A stretch of 62,915 nt of DNA, counting the filler, from Octopus bimaculoides (lineage: Eukaryota): NCBI RefSeq assembly GCF_001194135.2. It is 3 parts of 3 records of this genome, joined end to end, with 100 filler letters (N's around TTAATTAATTAA, not from the genome) between each part and the next. Parts side by side here need not be neighbours in the genome. Positions count along the whole stretch, not along the records: positions 30,357 to 54,782 come from NC_068987.1; 2 more parts are not named here. One strand, 5' to 3'. Each line of letters starts with the position of its first letter. Position 1 is the stretch's first letter. Shown here one piece after another: positions 35,999 through 49,596 of the stretch. Under the pieces are notes generated by a model, which was given only the letters and a program-made list of their open reading frames with translations, made no database searches and was not told where the DNA came from. The translations under genes and the position numbers were made by a program.

Positions 35999-37099
35999 NN
36001 NNNNNNNNTAGAGTGATTGATAGATAAATGAAAACGTTTATACACATATTGCATATATGCATTTAGACATATTTGTATGCATATGCATATTTGCATCCAT
36101 ATACGAACACAGACACACATATATATATGTTTGTTTGTGTGTATGTGTGTGTGCACGTGTGCGTGCACGTGTGTGTGTTTGCGTGTGTGTGTTTGTGTGT
36201 GTGTTATGAGTGAGAGCATCTTGTGAGGCGATTTATCATTCCAATATCCGATGGTTACTTCTAAAGCTGATGTAATGACTAATCTAGCAGATTTTCATAG
36301 TAACAGACAAATGCAGGCCTCTCTACGTTTCTTCCATTAGTAAGATTACGGTGGTGTGATATATTATATATTGAGTGGCTAATTACTGGTTAAGAAATAC
36401 GTTTTTTCTGATGGTATTACTGATTAAATAACGGTGTATATTCCCCGAAGATGAAGTGTTAGGATATAATACTCGTTGTCATTGAAAACATCTGCGTATT
36501 TACTAGGTAAGAGATAAGTTTCTTCAAATGTACGAAAATTAATTTCAAAAAACTAATCAAAATTCCGATAAGGCAATTAATGTTTTAATTTAGAAAACAA
36601 AATTAATTTCTTTATAATGTTTTATTAGAATTCTTGCTGAAACGTAGAAATCCATTGACAGTTGTTCACTTAACATGAAGATATTTTCATCCAATATATC
36701 AATATTTCAGGCAAAATTTTCTTCTTTCCATTTCTTCGAAATGGTTATATTTTTGCCCATTTCCAAAATCTAAAGTGCTAATAATTACGAAAACGTTAGA
36801 AAGTGTGCAATGGATACATTGTGTATTTAAGACGATATCTTCAGAAAACAGAAAATTAAAACCAGAGACCAGAGAAATTAGTAGCTGTCTGTATCCACAA
36901 AAACTATTTAATAACCTAGTTTAGTCGTGCCTTCAGTGAAGACAGCAAATATGTTTATCTTAGTTAATTGTATTGAAAAATCATAATAAAATAACTTACT
37001 AATTATTTCTCTAGAATGCACCTTTCTTTGGTGCGGCAACCAATTTTTAGTTTTGTAGCTTGAGAGAAAAAAAAATTGCATACAGTTACTTAGTGTTGA

Positions 37100-37748
37100 T
37101 GCAGACTGTCGATTGGATGCCAGTGTGTTATCCAGAGATATATTCAACAATGTACTCCACAACAGTAAGTCTCTCATATTTCGGTTGCCACTGTTGCAAA
37201 TGGAGAGGACAAAGAGAGAGACCAAAGTGTTTTTTTTGGAGTCTAATTGATGTGGATGTTGAGTCGCAGCCATTCGAGATAGTATGTGTGGAGGAAATTT
37301 GCGTGTTCTTCACAGTAGATAACTCGGAGATCAGAGATTCTCACCAGGTGGAGTCGCTACTTCTGCACATTGAGAGGTCATAGCACCTATTCTACGGACA
37401 TGTGGTTAGAATGTCGCGGGAATGAATCGCAATAGTTTTCCATAGCTGAGTAAAAAGGCAGGAGATCTAGGGCTTGACCAAGATGATATCCATAATCTCA
37501 GTTGGTCACCCTTGGGACTCCAGCTGGAATGTCTAATGGTGGTTATGCCTGATAGAACAATATGGAAGCGGTGTTTCTGGAATCTATGCCCGCGACCCTC
37601 CCAGGAACATTAGACAGAGAAAATGGATGAATGGATGAATGGAGGGAGGGAGAGAGGACGATAGGGGTGGATAGATGGAGGGATGGATGGGTGTTTTTGG
37701 ATAGATGGGTGGATGGATGGATGGATGGATGGATGGATGGATGGATGG
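37100..37748 (+). mobile_element. RTE-X/Expander-like LINE 3' end with (GATG)n tail, decayed
   Basis: SEIRDSHQVESLLLHIERS*HLFYGHVVRM and DDIHNLSWSPLG..DRTIWKR..PRPS match the RTE-X C-terminus. The tail is GGAT repeats. Confidence 0.72.
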
Positions 37749-38036
37749 AACGAATATGTTTGAAGCACCCCACCCACTTTTCCTCCACAGACATGTGATC
37801 TAATATCTCTTTCCCTTAATAGTTCATTGTTTACTCTTACGAATTGGTCTGCTTCTTGCATTTGTTTAAACTTTCGCATTAAGAGATTTATTCTGTCCTG
37901 TTTTCGTTTACTGATGGATTTTTCGTCACATTTTCTCTCTAAAATCAGCCGACCTTCAATGTTTCGTCCACAGTTTCAATAAACAATTTATATATATGCT
38001 ATGGTATTCGCGCGTGTGTGTGTGTATCTGTGTGTG

Positions 38037-38093
<57 letters not shown>

Positions 38094-38529
38094 CCGCTTT
38101 CTCTTTTTAATTTAGAGAAAAATTTGACCGGTCACCTAATTGTTAGCAAGTTTGTGAAGAAAAGCATCTTTTTTTGTTCATTATCCTTTAAATCTTAAGG
38201 TGATCATACAGATTTTTGTCGTCCTAAATATCGTTATGAATTAAGGGTTTGCAAATTCTCTCCAAGAACCCAAGTTCAGACACACTTTGCTCCAGACGGG
38301 TCGGTATGTATCCTGTTGCTCAAATAATAATACAGGGTGTCCACAAGATCTGCTTTCAGTTTCCGTCTACGAAATCCACTTACAAGTCCTTTGGTCGGCC
38401 CAAGACTATAGTAGAAGACATATTTGCTAGCTGAGGGAAGTGGAGCAACGTGAAATTAAGTGTCTCGCTCAAGGAAACAACGAACGTGAGATGAATTCCC
38501 TATCCACTAAGACGCCTACCTTCACACCT

Positions 38530-38720
38530 GCGAGCTGGCAGAAACGTTAGCACGCCGGGCGAAATGCTTAGCGGTATTTCGTCTGTCTTTTCGTTCTTTT
38601 TCTTTGCCTTTCATCCTTTCGGGGTCGATAAATTAAGTACCAGTTGCGTACTGGGTCGATCTAATCGACGGGCCCTCTCCCCCAAAATTTCGGGCCTTGT
38701 GCCTAGAGTAGAAAAGAATA
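38530..38720 (+). mobile_element. SINE family A
   Basis: cgagctggcagaaacgttagcacgccgggcgaaatgc..gggtcgataaattaagtacc..cttgtgcctagagtagaaaag. Confidence 0.8.
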
Positions 38721-39282
38721 TCTATCTACATCTCATATTCAAACAATAAAGATGAGTTTGCTTCAGTCCCAATAAGGAGGGAAGGCTTATTAAGCACCAA
38801 TAAGTACCTGGTTATGCGTATAGGCTACAAGAATCCAGCTAATGTTCAAGTCACTTTGACTGTAACAGATGCTATGACTATTTTGAAATTTCAAAATGAA
38901 TTTAAACTTTGAATATGCCAGTAACTTTACCTTGTGCGGGATAAAGTTATCTAATTATAACTATAAAACTACTAAAAGTGTAATTAGCATTTATAGCCAT
39001 CTGCTAGGTTACTGTTTTCATAAGCTATGTTGTGTTAAAATATATTGGGCTTAAGTAGAAATGATGTGAATTAGCAGTCCTGATTGAAAGCTTTAGTTAA
39101 TTCAAAAGTTCTAAAACGCAAGAGTAGCACGCAGAATGTCAACACAGTGTAGGGGTATTCACACAGAATGACAAACCAAAAGAGGGAACGAATAATCAAT
39201 CAAGGCACTTTCTCATAAAGTTGTCATGTTTAGCATAATTTTGTGAATTTATTTATTTATTTATTATTTATATATTATTAGT

Positions 39283-39995
39283 AAAATCGTTAGCAAAGGT
39301 GATGAGAAGGCAGAATCGTTAGCGCCCCTGGCTGGAATGCTTAGCGGTATTTCGCCCGTCGCTACGATCTGAGTTCAAATTCCTCCGATGTCGACTTTGC
39401 CTTTCATCCCTTCGGGATCGATAAATTAAGTACCAGTGAAACACGGGGGTCGATATAATCGACTCATCCCCTCCCCCCAAATTTCAGGCCTTGTGCCTAT
39501 AGTAGAAATGATTATTAAAATCGTTAGCAAAAGTGGCGAGCTGGCAAAGTCGTTAGCGCGCTAGATGGAATGCCTAGCGGTATTTCGCCCGACGCTACGT
39601 TCTGAGTTCAAATTCCGCCGAGGTCGAGTGACCCTTTCATCCTTTCGGGGCCGATAAAATAAGTACCAATTAAACGCTGAGGTCGATATAATCGATTCAT
39701 CTCCACCTCCCCGAAGCTGCCCTTGTTGCAAAAAATTGAAAGAACAATTAAAATCGTTAGCACGCCGAACAAAATGCTTTGTGGTATTTCGTCTGTTTTT
39801 ACGTTCTGATTTCAAATTCAGCGGGGGTTGACTTTACCTTTCATTCTTTCGGGGCCGATGAAATAAGTATCAGTTGAGCACCTTGATCACCTCCGCCTTC
39901 GATATTTGAACCCGTTATTCAATAATTTGGAATCGATGCAATCGATTTTCTACTCTCACATAATTTCAGGCTTTGTGCCTATGAGAGAAATGATA
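39283..39995 (+). mobile_element. Head-to-tail trimer of SINE family A
   Basis: Three consecutive copies (~39305, ~39533, ~39752), each preceded by aaaatcgttagc. Confidence 0.8.
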
Positions 39996-41185
39996 ATTAA
40001 AGTGGAACATCGTTAAGTGAGAGATCTTTCAGTGAAATATTACTGTATAATGAATACAACCGGTGTAAGGGCGTGACTTGCATTATTCTAAACAACACTA
40101 GATGACTTAAATCACAGCGGAAAGATATGAACTCAAACATTTAAAGACTGTAGCAAAGGACACTTAATCCTCCGCTCTTGCAGTTCAACCAACATATTGC
40201 TTTCCTTTCTTTTATTCCACTCTAGCTGCCCTCGTTTAGAAAACATCTCCGTAATGTCACCGTTGTCTTCTATAACCAAGTTAGGAGACGGGCGGGACGT
40301 GGTATAAAATAAAACAATAATATGCCAAAGGGTTTTTGTCTCGTAATCATTGCAAAGAAACAGCTTACATTTAACAAACACGCCTAAACCGGCCATATTG
40401 AAATAGTTAATGAAAGTGTAGCTTGGCACATTTTACTTTTGTTAGCATTTTCTCTTTATTTTCCTTCTGCTTAGGTGGTATAGCAAACATTGTAATAATA
40501 AAGGCTGTAATTCCATTGCTTTGATAGCAACAGTTTCTATAACATTCCCAGGCCATCTGTCATTTGCTCTGCTATTGTAATACCGTAAATATCTTGAATT
40601 TTCCTTGCTTTTATTCAGTAGCTTTGCAAACTAATTTTTCTTGTGTATGTTTAATTATTTGCAGCTTTTCATCCTGCTCCACAAAATCGTCTGGTCAAGC
40701 TTAGTTACCAACAACTGAAAATCAACACTGGCGCCAAAAACTCTGGACACAAGCTATGGGAGTAATTTGCCAAATCAAACGTGATATCTAGCTGGGTAGT
40801 ATTAAAATTACATATGTAGCTAATTGGATACTCATAACGGTTCCATGTAGAGGAATTCAAGTGGATATTCTCACAAACACACCGAAACTTTACATGACAC
40901 AGTCACAAAATCTCGAACGTTACACACACACACACATGCACGTATATATATATATATATATATATAATATAATATAGTATAATATAATATAAATATATAG
41001 ATATGTCCATATATCCATACATATATGTACGTACCTACATCTATATGTATACATACATGGATACATATGTACAGGACATCAAAAAAACGTTAAACACAAT
41101 GTACATATATGTATGGATATATACATATATCTATATATTTATATTATTATATGATCGAACGCCACGCATCCTTTTCCAAGTAAGT

Positions 41186-41244
<59 letters not shown>

Positions 41245-41934
41245 TGTATGTATGTATGTATTTCTATGTATATATATATTTATATGTGTCTATGTTTATG
41301 TGCATATACATACATATATACATACATATATACTTATACATTACATGTGTATTACATATATATATATATAAACATATATTTGTGTGGGAGGTATGAGTAT
41401 GGGTGTAGGGGGAATATACATACTTTTCTGTATTTATGTATGTATACTAACAGCCATACCCTGTTTTTTGTATTTTTTTTTCGGGTCGTTTAATACCAAA
41501 ATAATCAAATGATTTCAATTCGAAATATGTTGATTAAATACATCTGCAGAAGATGCTAACTATCTTCACTTCATCTGGGAATGTTGGTTCATACACATTT
41601 CGAACATACGTTTATACATTAACTCATGTGTATGTGTATGCGTGCCATGTATGTAAGTGTGCGTGTATATATGTATATATGTATAGGCATATATAAACAA
41701 TGTAGTGTAAGGATGATTTTACTAAAAAAAAAGATGCAAGATGTTTCGAGTACGTTCGTTAGATTTGTATACTGTGGATTTAAATTGAACACAACAAAGC
41801 ATGGCTACACCGGACAGACTGCGCGCAAAGCCTTTCGTTAAAATGAATGAAGGTATATTTGTTTCGAAGGCGGACAAAGTTGTTATTAAAGGTAAACTGC
41901 GCACGGATGGGAAAGAAAGAAAGAAAGAAAGAAA

Positions 41935-42060
41935 ACTTTCTTTATTAGCCACACAGGGCTGAACACAGGTGGGACAAATACAATATAGAGTCTTTCTTTT
42001 CGATGGGGACGAAAACAAAGTAAGAAAAACACAATTAGGGACAACGATCAAAAGGAATCA
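41935..42060 (-). mobile_element. Tx1/L1-like 3' UTR remnant abutting (GAAA)n
   Basis: Same terminus (tttctttatt(a/g)gccaca..ctgaacaca) as the Tx1-like element at 51278. Flanked by (GAAA)n at 41911-41934. Confidence 0.55.
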
Positions 42061-43117
42061 TTCTTTTTTAGTGTCTTATTCTTCAACACACTCACCGGAG
42101 ACGCAACGAAAATTTTTGAAAACATGCATAAGCAAATGCGTGGAAATCGAACCTATGCGTATGTTAAATAATAAGGCATTAAAAGTGAATGACTCTCTCC
42201 AGACACAATAATCTATACATACATACATATATAAACATAATTAAGGGGTCAGCAACAGTTGCTTCACCACATATTAATTATGTTTATAAATGTATAAGNN
42301 NNNNNNNNNNNNNNNNNNNNNNNNNNNNNNNNNNNNNNNNNNNNNNNNNNNNNNNNNNNNNNNNNNNNNNNNNNNNNNNNNNNNNNNNNNNNNNNNNNNN
42401 NNNNNNNNNNNNNNNNNNNNNNNNNNNNNNNNNNNNNNNNNNNNNNNNNNNNNNNNNNNNNNNNNNNNNNNNNNNNNNNNNNNNNNNNNNNNNNNNNNNN
42501 NNNNNNNNNNNNNNNNNNNNNNNNNNNNNNNNNNNNNNNNNNNNNNNNNNNNNNNNNNNNNNNNNNNNNNNNNNNNNNNNNNNNNNNNNNNNNNNNNNNN
42601 NNNNNNNNNNNNNNNNNNNNNNNNNNNNNNNNNNNNNNNNNNNNNNNNNNNNNNNNNNNNNNNNNNNNNNNNNNNNNNNNNNNNNNNNNNNNNNNNNNNN
42701 NNNNNNNNNNNNNNNNNNNNNNNNNNNNNNNNNNNNNNNNNNNNNNNNNNNNNNNNNNNNNNNNNNNNNNNNNNNNNNNNNNNNNNNNNNNNNNNNNNNN
42801 NNNNNNNNNNNNNNNNNNNNNNNNNNNNNNNNNNNNNNNNNNNNNNNNNNNNNNNNNNNNNNNNNNNNNNNNNNNNNNNNNNNNNNNNNNNNNNNNNNNN
42901 NNNNNNNNNNNNNNNNNNNNNNNNNNNNNNNNNNNNNNNNNNNNNNNNNNNNNNNNNNNNNNNNNNNNNNNNNNNNNNNNNNNNNNNNNNNNNNNNNNNN
43001 NNNNNNNNNNNNNNNNNNNNNNNNNNNNNNNNNNNNNNNNNNNNNNNNNNNNNNNNNNNNNNNNNNNNNNNNNNNNNNNNNNNNNNNNNNNNNNNNNNNN
43101 NNNNNNNNNNNNNNNNN

Positions 43118-43150
<33 letters not shown>

Positions 43151-43806
43151 AAGAAGTCGGTACATGCTGAAAATGTATCTTCCTCGAAATTTATATAATA
43201 GTTGAATTTTGCGATATTCTCTCTCTTTGACTCGGTTATTTATTCGTATTTCCATGTATAAAAAAGTGACTGTGATGTGCTGCCATATTAAAGCCATTTC
43301 TTAAACCATGCATTAACTTTTTTCCTGCTGAAAAGATCATAACTAATGACAAATGAACAAATGTACTTGATTGTTGGTGCTCGTCTTCATTATCTTTCTC
43401 TGACCGAATCTCTCTCCCTCTCTGTCTCTCTCTTTTGCTCTCTTGATTGACAGATTTCCTCCTCCCACTAGCTACACACAAAAACACACACATTCACGTC
43501 ATACGGAGGCACGCTTGCACAAATCCACACTCACAGTTTTGCACATAAATATGCTTTAACTTCTATAAATTATACGATGTCTTTTTCTTTTTCTCATGGA
43601 AAGATCATTATTGATGACAATTGAACAAATGGTCTTCATTAAGAGTTCTCTTACTCTTTCTATGTTGCTTTCGTTTCCTATCTCTTTCTTTCTCTCTCTA
43701 TCTATCTATCAAAGCTATCTACCTATCTAATAGTCTTTTTCCACGCTAATATATTCGCGTATGCAAACACACTTATACATATATAAATACACACGTACAT
43801 TACCAA

Positions 43807-43871
<65 letters not shown>

Positions 43872-43963
43872 TATATAGATAGGGTGATAAATTGAACATT
43901 AATTCAATTTAAAACCAAGTGGCCTAGCATATAAAAATCTGAAAATTCAGAAAAAAATTGTAC

Positions 43964-44170
43964 TACACGTGTATAAGGGATGACCACAAGGTGCACATCC
44001 AATATGCTAGAAAGTGTTCATCAACGACCCAACCACAAAGAAATTTAATGTTCTCCAGAAATTTGCGAAATTTTTCTGGAAAACATTATTTTTCTTTGTG
44101 GTTGGGTCGTTGATGACCTCTTTCTAGCATATTGGGTGTCCACCTAGTGGTCATCCCTTACACACGTATA
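43964..44170. mobile_element. About 200-bp hairpin MITE, Tc1/mariner-like with TA flanks
   Basis: Arms acgtgtataagggatgaccac..ccagaa and ttctgg..gtggtcatcccttacacacgt pair almost throughout, around a short central loop. Confidence 0.75.
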
Positions 44171-44175
44171 TATAT

Positions 44176-44380
44176 GGGAGAATTTACGAATATAACAACA
44201 ACAGACGAGGACAGGTGGTGTAAACAACAAAAGGATGTATTAGTTTGACGCTCGGGAATACAGAAAGTCTTTAACGTTTCGAGCTACGCTCTTCAACAGA
44301 AAGAATACGGAGAAAACAAGGAGAAAAACACGGAGAAAAAAAATTGAATGGTGTTTGGTCAGCGATTAACTATGCTCGGC
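44176..44380 (-). mobile_element. Penelope-like terminal-repeat (pLTR) fragment, copy 1
   Basis: Inverted copy of 55518-55718. It carries a hammerhead-like motif and ends in (AT)n. Confidence 0.6.
44268..44304 (-). ncRNA. Minimal type-I hammerhead ribozyme motif with variant core
   Basis: UCUUU-CUGUUGA-A-GAGC gua GCUC-GAAA-CGU-U-AAAGA: 5-bp stem I, 4-bp stem II and palindromic ACGU stem III. Confidence 0.6.
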
Positions 44381-45016
44381 TCTACTCCTTTTTTACATTA
44401 TAGAAGTCATCAACATGATATTTCCCACAAAATGTTTTAAAACAGAAAGGGCTCAGTAGTACTAAATCAACAAAATATTCTTGTTGGTCTTGGCTCCGAC
44501 AATTTTGATCAAAGTTACTCGACTATCACTCACTTGGAACTAAACAAAAAACACAAGAATTTGTCAGTTCGCATCAAATTAACTGACCTTGCCAATGTTT
44601 CTTCCACAATTCTAAAACGGTTCCATTCTCTAAAACTAGTCCCCATTTTAAAAATATTTTCAATAGTTCTCTCTCTAGTATTATTTCGGATATTGGAAAA
44701 TTTTCTGAAATGTCTACCATCCTTAAGAAATGCAATTTTTTTTATCCTTCCAACAAACGAGCTATCGTCCTAAATTTCAATGTACGAAATTTGAGAGAGA
44801 CGGCTCTCAGCAATCGTTTTCTGCTATTTGTTTCTTCATAACAACTAATGCGGTCTGCGCAGATTCAAGTGATTCATTCAGTCCTCTTCTATGTCTCAAA
44901 AGTAATACCGCTGTATTTCGTTTTAACAGAGACTTTTAATGTGTCTGATGCGAAAACGATCTGATTAGATAAAGTATTATAACACTGTGCCGAAGACTTC
45001 TTTCTCTTCCTCTCCC

Positions 45017-45106
<90 letters not shown>

Positions 45107-45820
45107 CTCTCTTTCTCTGAGCAAACCTCTATAAATTCTAATACACCTCACATTTCCCCCTCTACAATGACTGTCTATTGCTACAAGTATACAATTGTAA
45201 TATAAATTTATATAATAGCTAATTTTCTGTAACCCACTAAATTTTAATGCTTCATTATAATAGTAACTCGCTCTATTACTAAAACTATTTACTTCCTACG
45301 AAATTGCTTGGAAACAATGAGGTAAATTAGGCCTAAATTTGTTAAACATAGCTTTTGAAGGGTCCAAATGTATAGCCATATTCTGAATATTTCATTGGGG
45401 ATTCTCCATGAGGAATAGTTTTCAAGTTTATGTTGAAGACTAAAATATTTGCTAAAACAAATTAAGAAAAATTTCTACCGCATTGTTTAATTATAAAAGA
45501 ATACATCAATAGAAATTGTTTTTATAAACCCAACAGTTTGTTGACTTCATATATTCCGTAGAGAGAAACTTTCAAATTTATACTAATATCAAAAGATGAA
45601 ATACCAATTTTTAAAAGCATCAATACATAAAATGTTGGGATATATCTTCTAGATCTTCTCGTATTCATAATAATCTTAGAGTCAGATTCTCTGCGTAATT
45701 CCTTTCCAAACACTAAACATTACTGGATTGTAATAAAGTGATACAAATCAATATAGATCTTAATGATCATGATATAATGTTTATTATCAACGTAATTATG
45801 AGAGTTATGTAGTTTCTTAA

Positions 45821-45975
45821 CAGGAGTAGCCGTGTGGTAAGTAGCTTGCTTACCAACCACATGGTTCCAGGTTGTGTTTTCTACTGTAGCCTCGGGCCGA
45901 CCAAAGCCTTGTGAGTGGATTTGGGAGACGGAAACCGGAAAAAGCCCGTCGTATATGTATGTGTGTGTGTGTGGG

Positions 45976-46018
<43 letters not shown>

Positions 46019-46326
46019 NNNNNNNNNNNNNNNNNNNNNNNNNNNNNNNNNNNNNNNNNNNNNNNNNNNNNNNNNNNNNNNNNNNNNNNNNNNNNNNNNN
46101 NNNNNNNNNNNNNNNNNNNNTGTGTGTGTCTGTCTGTCTGTTTGTCCCCCCCCCAGCATCGTTGACAACTGATGCTGGTGTGTTTGCGTAACTTAGCGGT
46201 TCGGCAAAAGAGACCGATAGAATAAGTACTAGGCTTACAAAGAATAAACTCTGGGGGCGATTTGCTCGACTATAAAGGCGGTGCTCCAGCATGGCCGCAG
46301 TCAAATGACTGAGACAAGTAAAAAAA
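45821..46326 (+). mobile_element. SINE family B, complete, with internal (TG)n microsatellite
   Basis: Head and body (45821-45955), (TG)n with N gap, then the 3' module gtttgtccccc..gcggttcggcaaaagagaccgatagaataagtac..gctccagcatggccgcagtcaaatgactga. Confidence 0.85.
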
Positions 46327-48483
46327 GGAGTATAACGGTAAAATTTATGGGTTTGTCACTCGTGTGGATGAGCCTGTTAATCAATTAACATATGGATTTT
46401 AGAATTATTAATGGTGGGTGTTGGACTACAGTTTTATCGCTTTTTCTTTTGCCTCAATAGATATAAGTTATATCTGATCTATGGAAATATTTAAGATTGT
46501 CTTGATTGTTTTTACAATCATTATCAAATATTTTAAAATTCACTTCGTTTATCAACTTAAATGGAACCATTTCATGTGGGTATTTTACAATATATAACAG
46601 CGTACATTTTCTGTTTTTGAAACTAAACATTTCACTACTATGTAGATAATAGTCTTTTACTTGTTTCGGTAATCAGACTGCGGCTATGCTGGGGCACTAT
46701 CTTGAAGAATTTTAATAGAACGAATCGACACCAATACTTATTTTCTTTTTAAAGCCTGACACTTATTCTACTGATCTGTTTTGTCGAACGCCTAAGCTAC
46801 AAGAATGTAAACAAACCGACACCAATTGTCAAGCGGTGGGGGGACGGACATGGGCACAAAGACGCACACAGACACATACAACCGAATGTTATGTCAGCTA
46901 AAGAAATTTTGTTACGAACTATTCTGGAACGAACGACAAATAAATTTAAACAAAGATGCTATTAACATTCGCATTCTTTCAGCATTCCAGTCATTTAACA
47001 AACACAAATTTACTTAAAGATATTTGGAACTTGAAGAACAAACATATAGTGCTTAACATCAAACAGGAAATAAATGATTATACCAAACTGCATAACGGGA
47101 ACAGAAGTGTCATTTAATTATGTCTGATATATATTGCATTTTGATTCACATTACACAGACTCTTGTCCTGCTTTATATATACAGATTGTTGGTCCAAAAT
47201 TTTTATTTAATGAGCGATAAATAAAATGAGCATAATAATTTCCTCTATAACTCTAAAATTTATTGAGAATTTTAGAGACTAATTGCTTCATAATATATAA
47301 CTTATTTACATGTGTGTGTGTGTGTGTGTTATACTATCTTCTTGGTTACGTTTACCAGTCATACTAATACATGATCTTTAATTATTTTCAAACAACTCAA
47401 ACTCAACTAACTTATATTGTATATTGTGCACATAAAGAAGACATCTGTTCATAATAAACCCCACGATTGCCAGACAGCTCCAGTGCGAAAGCTTACAATA
47501 GAAATTGCGGCATTTCAAATATAAGTAATTTACATTACATCGCTTTGTATTGAGTACTGTTGTTTTGTATTTGTATGAACAGCGTGTATTGAAACTTTGG
47601 CTTATATGTTCTAGTTGAGCTTTTCAGTTTTAGAGTTTTTAGATTTTTTGGTTCTTAGCTTACTGTGGTCATTTTACTTTATAAAATGCTTATCAACAAA
47701 CATTTGAAGGATTGCCTAATCTGGCTATTGTCACCTGCTGGCAATAATTGATCAATGAGTCTGTGAAGAGATTTCTTTAGTTTGTCTTCAGGCATACAGA
47801 TAGCGGAGACATTTCATTCAACAAATATCTTCTGGCTGTTATCTCATATTTTTCCAGAAATTTTAACTAAACACACAAACACACAAACACACACATACAC
47901 ACATATATATACGTATATAAATGTATTATTGTATATTAGATGCATTCACATTTGTATAGTAACACAGATTATATATATATTTATAAAAAATATATATATA
48001 CGCCTGCATATGTATCATTTATACAAATAAATACATACATATATACACGTATATANNNNNNNNNNNNNNNNNNNNNNNNNNNNNNNNNNNNNNNNNNNNN
48101 NNNNNNNNNNNNNNNNNNNNNNNNNNNNNNNNNNNNNNNNNNNNNNNNNNNNNNNNNNNNNNNNNNNNNNNNNNNNNNNNNNNNNNNNNNNNNNNNNNNN
48201 NNNNNNNNNNNNNNNNNNNNNNNNNNNNNNNNNNNNNNNNNNNNNNNNNNNNNNNNNNNNNNNNNNNNNNNNNNNNNNNNNNNNNNNNNNNNNNNNNNNN
48301 NNNNNNNNNNNNNNNNNNNNNNNNNNNNNNNNNNNNNNNNNNNNNNNNNNNNNNNNNNNNNNNNNNNNNNNNNNNNNNNNNNNNNNNNNNNNNNNNNNNN
48401 NNNNNNNNNNNNNNNNNNNNNNNNNNNNNNNNNNNNNNNNNNNNNNNNNNNNNNNNNNNNNNNNNNNNNNNNNNNNNNNNNNN

Positions 48484-48521
<38 letters not shown>

Positions 48522-49434
48522 TGTATGTATGTGTATGTATTTATGTATTTATGTATATGTATGAATGTATGTATATAATATATAATGTTTAAGTCTGTAT
48601 ACGCATTTGTGAATGAGTGTGTATGTTCCGCAATTTTCATATATTTTCTAAATAGCTGTAGGGATGCAATTGTTCAATACTCATATACTATCTTTCATGT
48701 GTGTATTACGAAATTTTGTCTTAAAATGTTTTAATGCCTAATAAATATGTTCTAAATATTTACATGTATGATCATTATTATCCCCACGTTACCTCCATGA
48801 AAGCACTGATAACAATGTTCAGAGGCAAGAAAAATGACTCGTTCTTACAAGCACAATGCTACAAATTTGTAGAATCTGTATAACCGATAATATCTATAAG
48901 CGCGTACGACTGATATTTTCTTTCAATGACTATTGACAGAGAACATGTAATGCTTGAATTAAACTAGTTATCAACCTTATTTGTACGTCAGTTATTTTAA
49001 GGCTGCTTAACATCCACCAGGGAAATAAGGTCGCTGTTGAACTGACAGAAGCAAGTAAATGTGTTCATGAAAATACAAGTTATCTAAAGAATACGTTGTC
49101 ATAGTACTTACACCACCACTGTCACTTTAATCTGCCTTCAGTTTTCAATATAGCCGTTATCATTTCGTGTCTTCGTGAAATTTTTCTATTATTTCTCAAA
49201 CAACGTCTTTGGTACCATAGACTCATTATAATTTTTTAGACTTTAACTTGGGAAAATACACATAATAGGACCCATATAAAATTTCTGACAAGAATATCGA
49301 CAAAAGCTCTGTGCAGTGATTCCCACAGTGCAGTTTAAAGAAAGATATTTTATATAGAAACTATAGCATACAAATCATCTCTCCGTTGACAATATACAAG
49401 TAAAATACAAAAATGGTTCTTCAACATTGTTATA

Positions 49435-49596
49435 GGCGCAGGAGTGGCTGTGTGGTAAGTAGCTTGCTTACAAACCACATGGCTCTGGGTTCAGTTCCAC
49501 TGCGTGTCACCTCTGCCAAGTGTCTTCTACTGTAGCCTCGGGCCGACCAAAGTCTTGTGAGTGGATTTGGTAGACGGAAACTGAAAGAAGCTCGTC
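49435..49596 (+). mobile_element. SINE family B 5' half, interrupted by a HERO-like insertion
   Basis: ggcgcaggagtggctgtgtggtaag..gaaactgaaagaagctcgtc. The expected TA/TG microsatellite resumes at ~50061. Confidence 0.8.
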
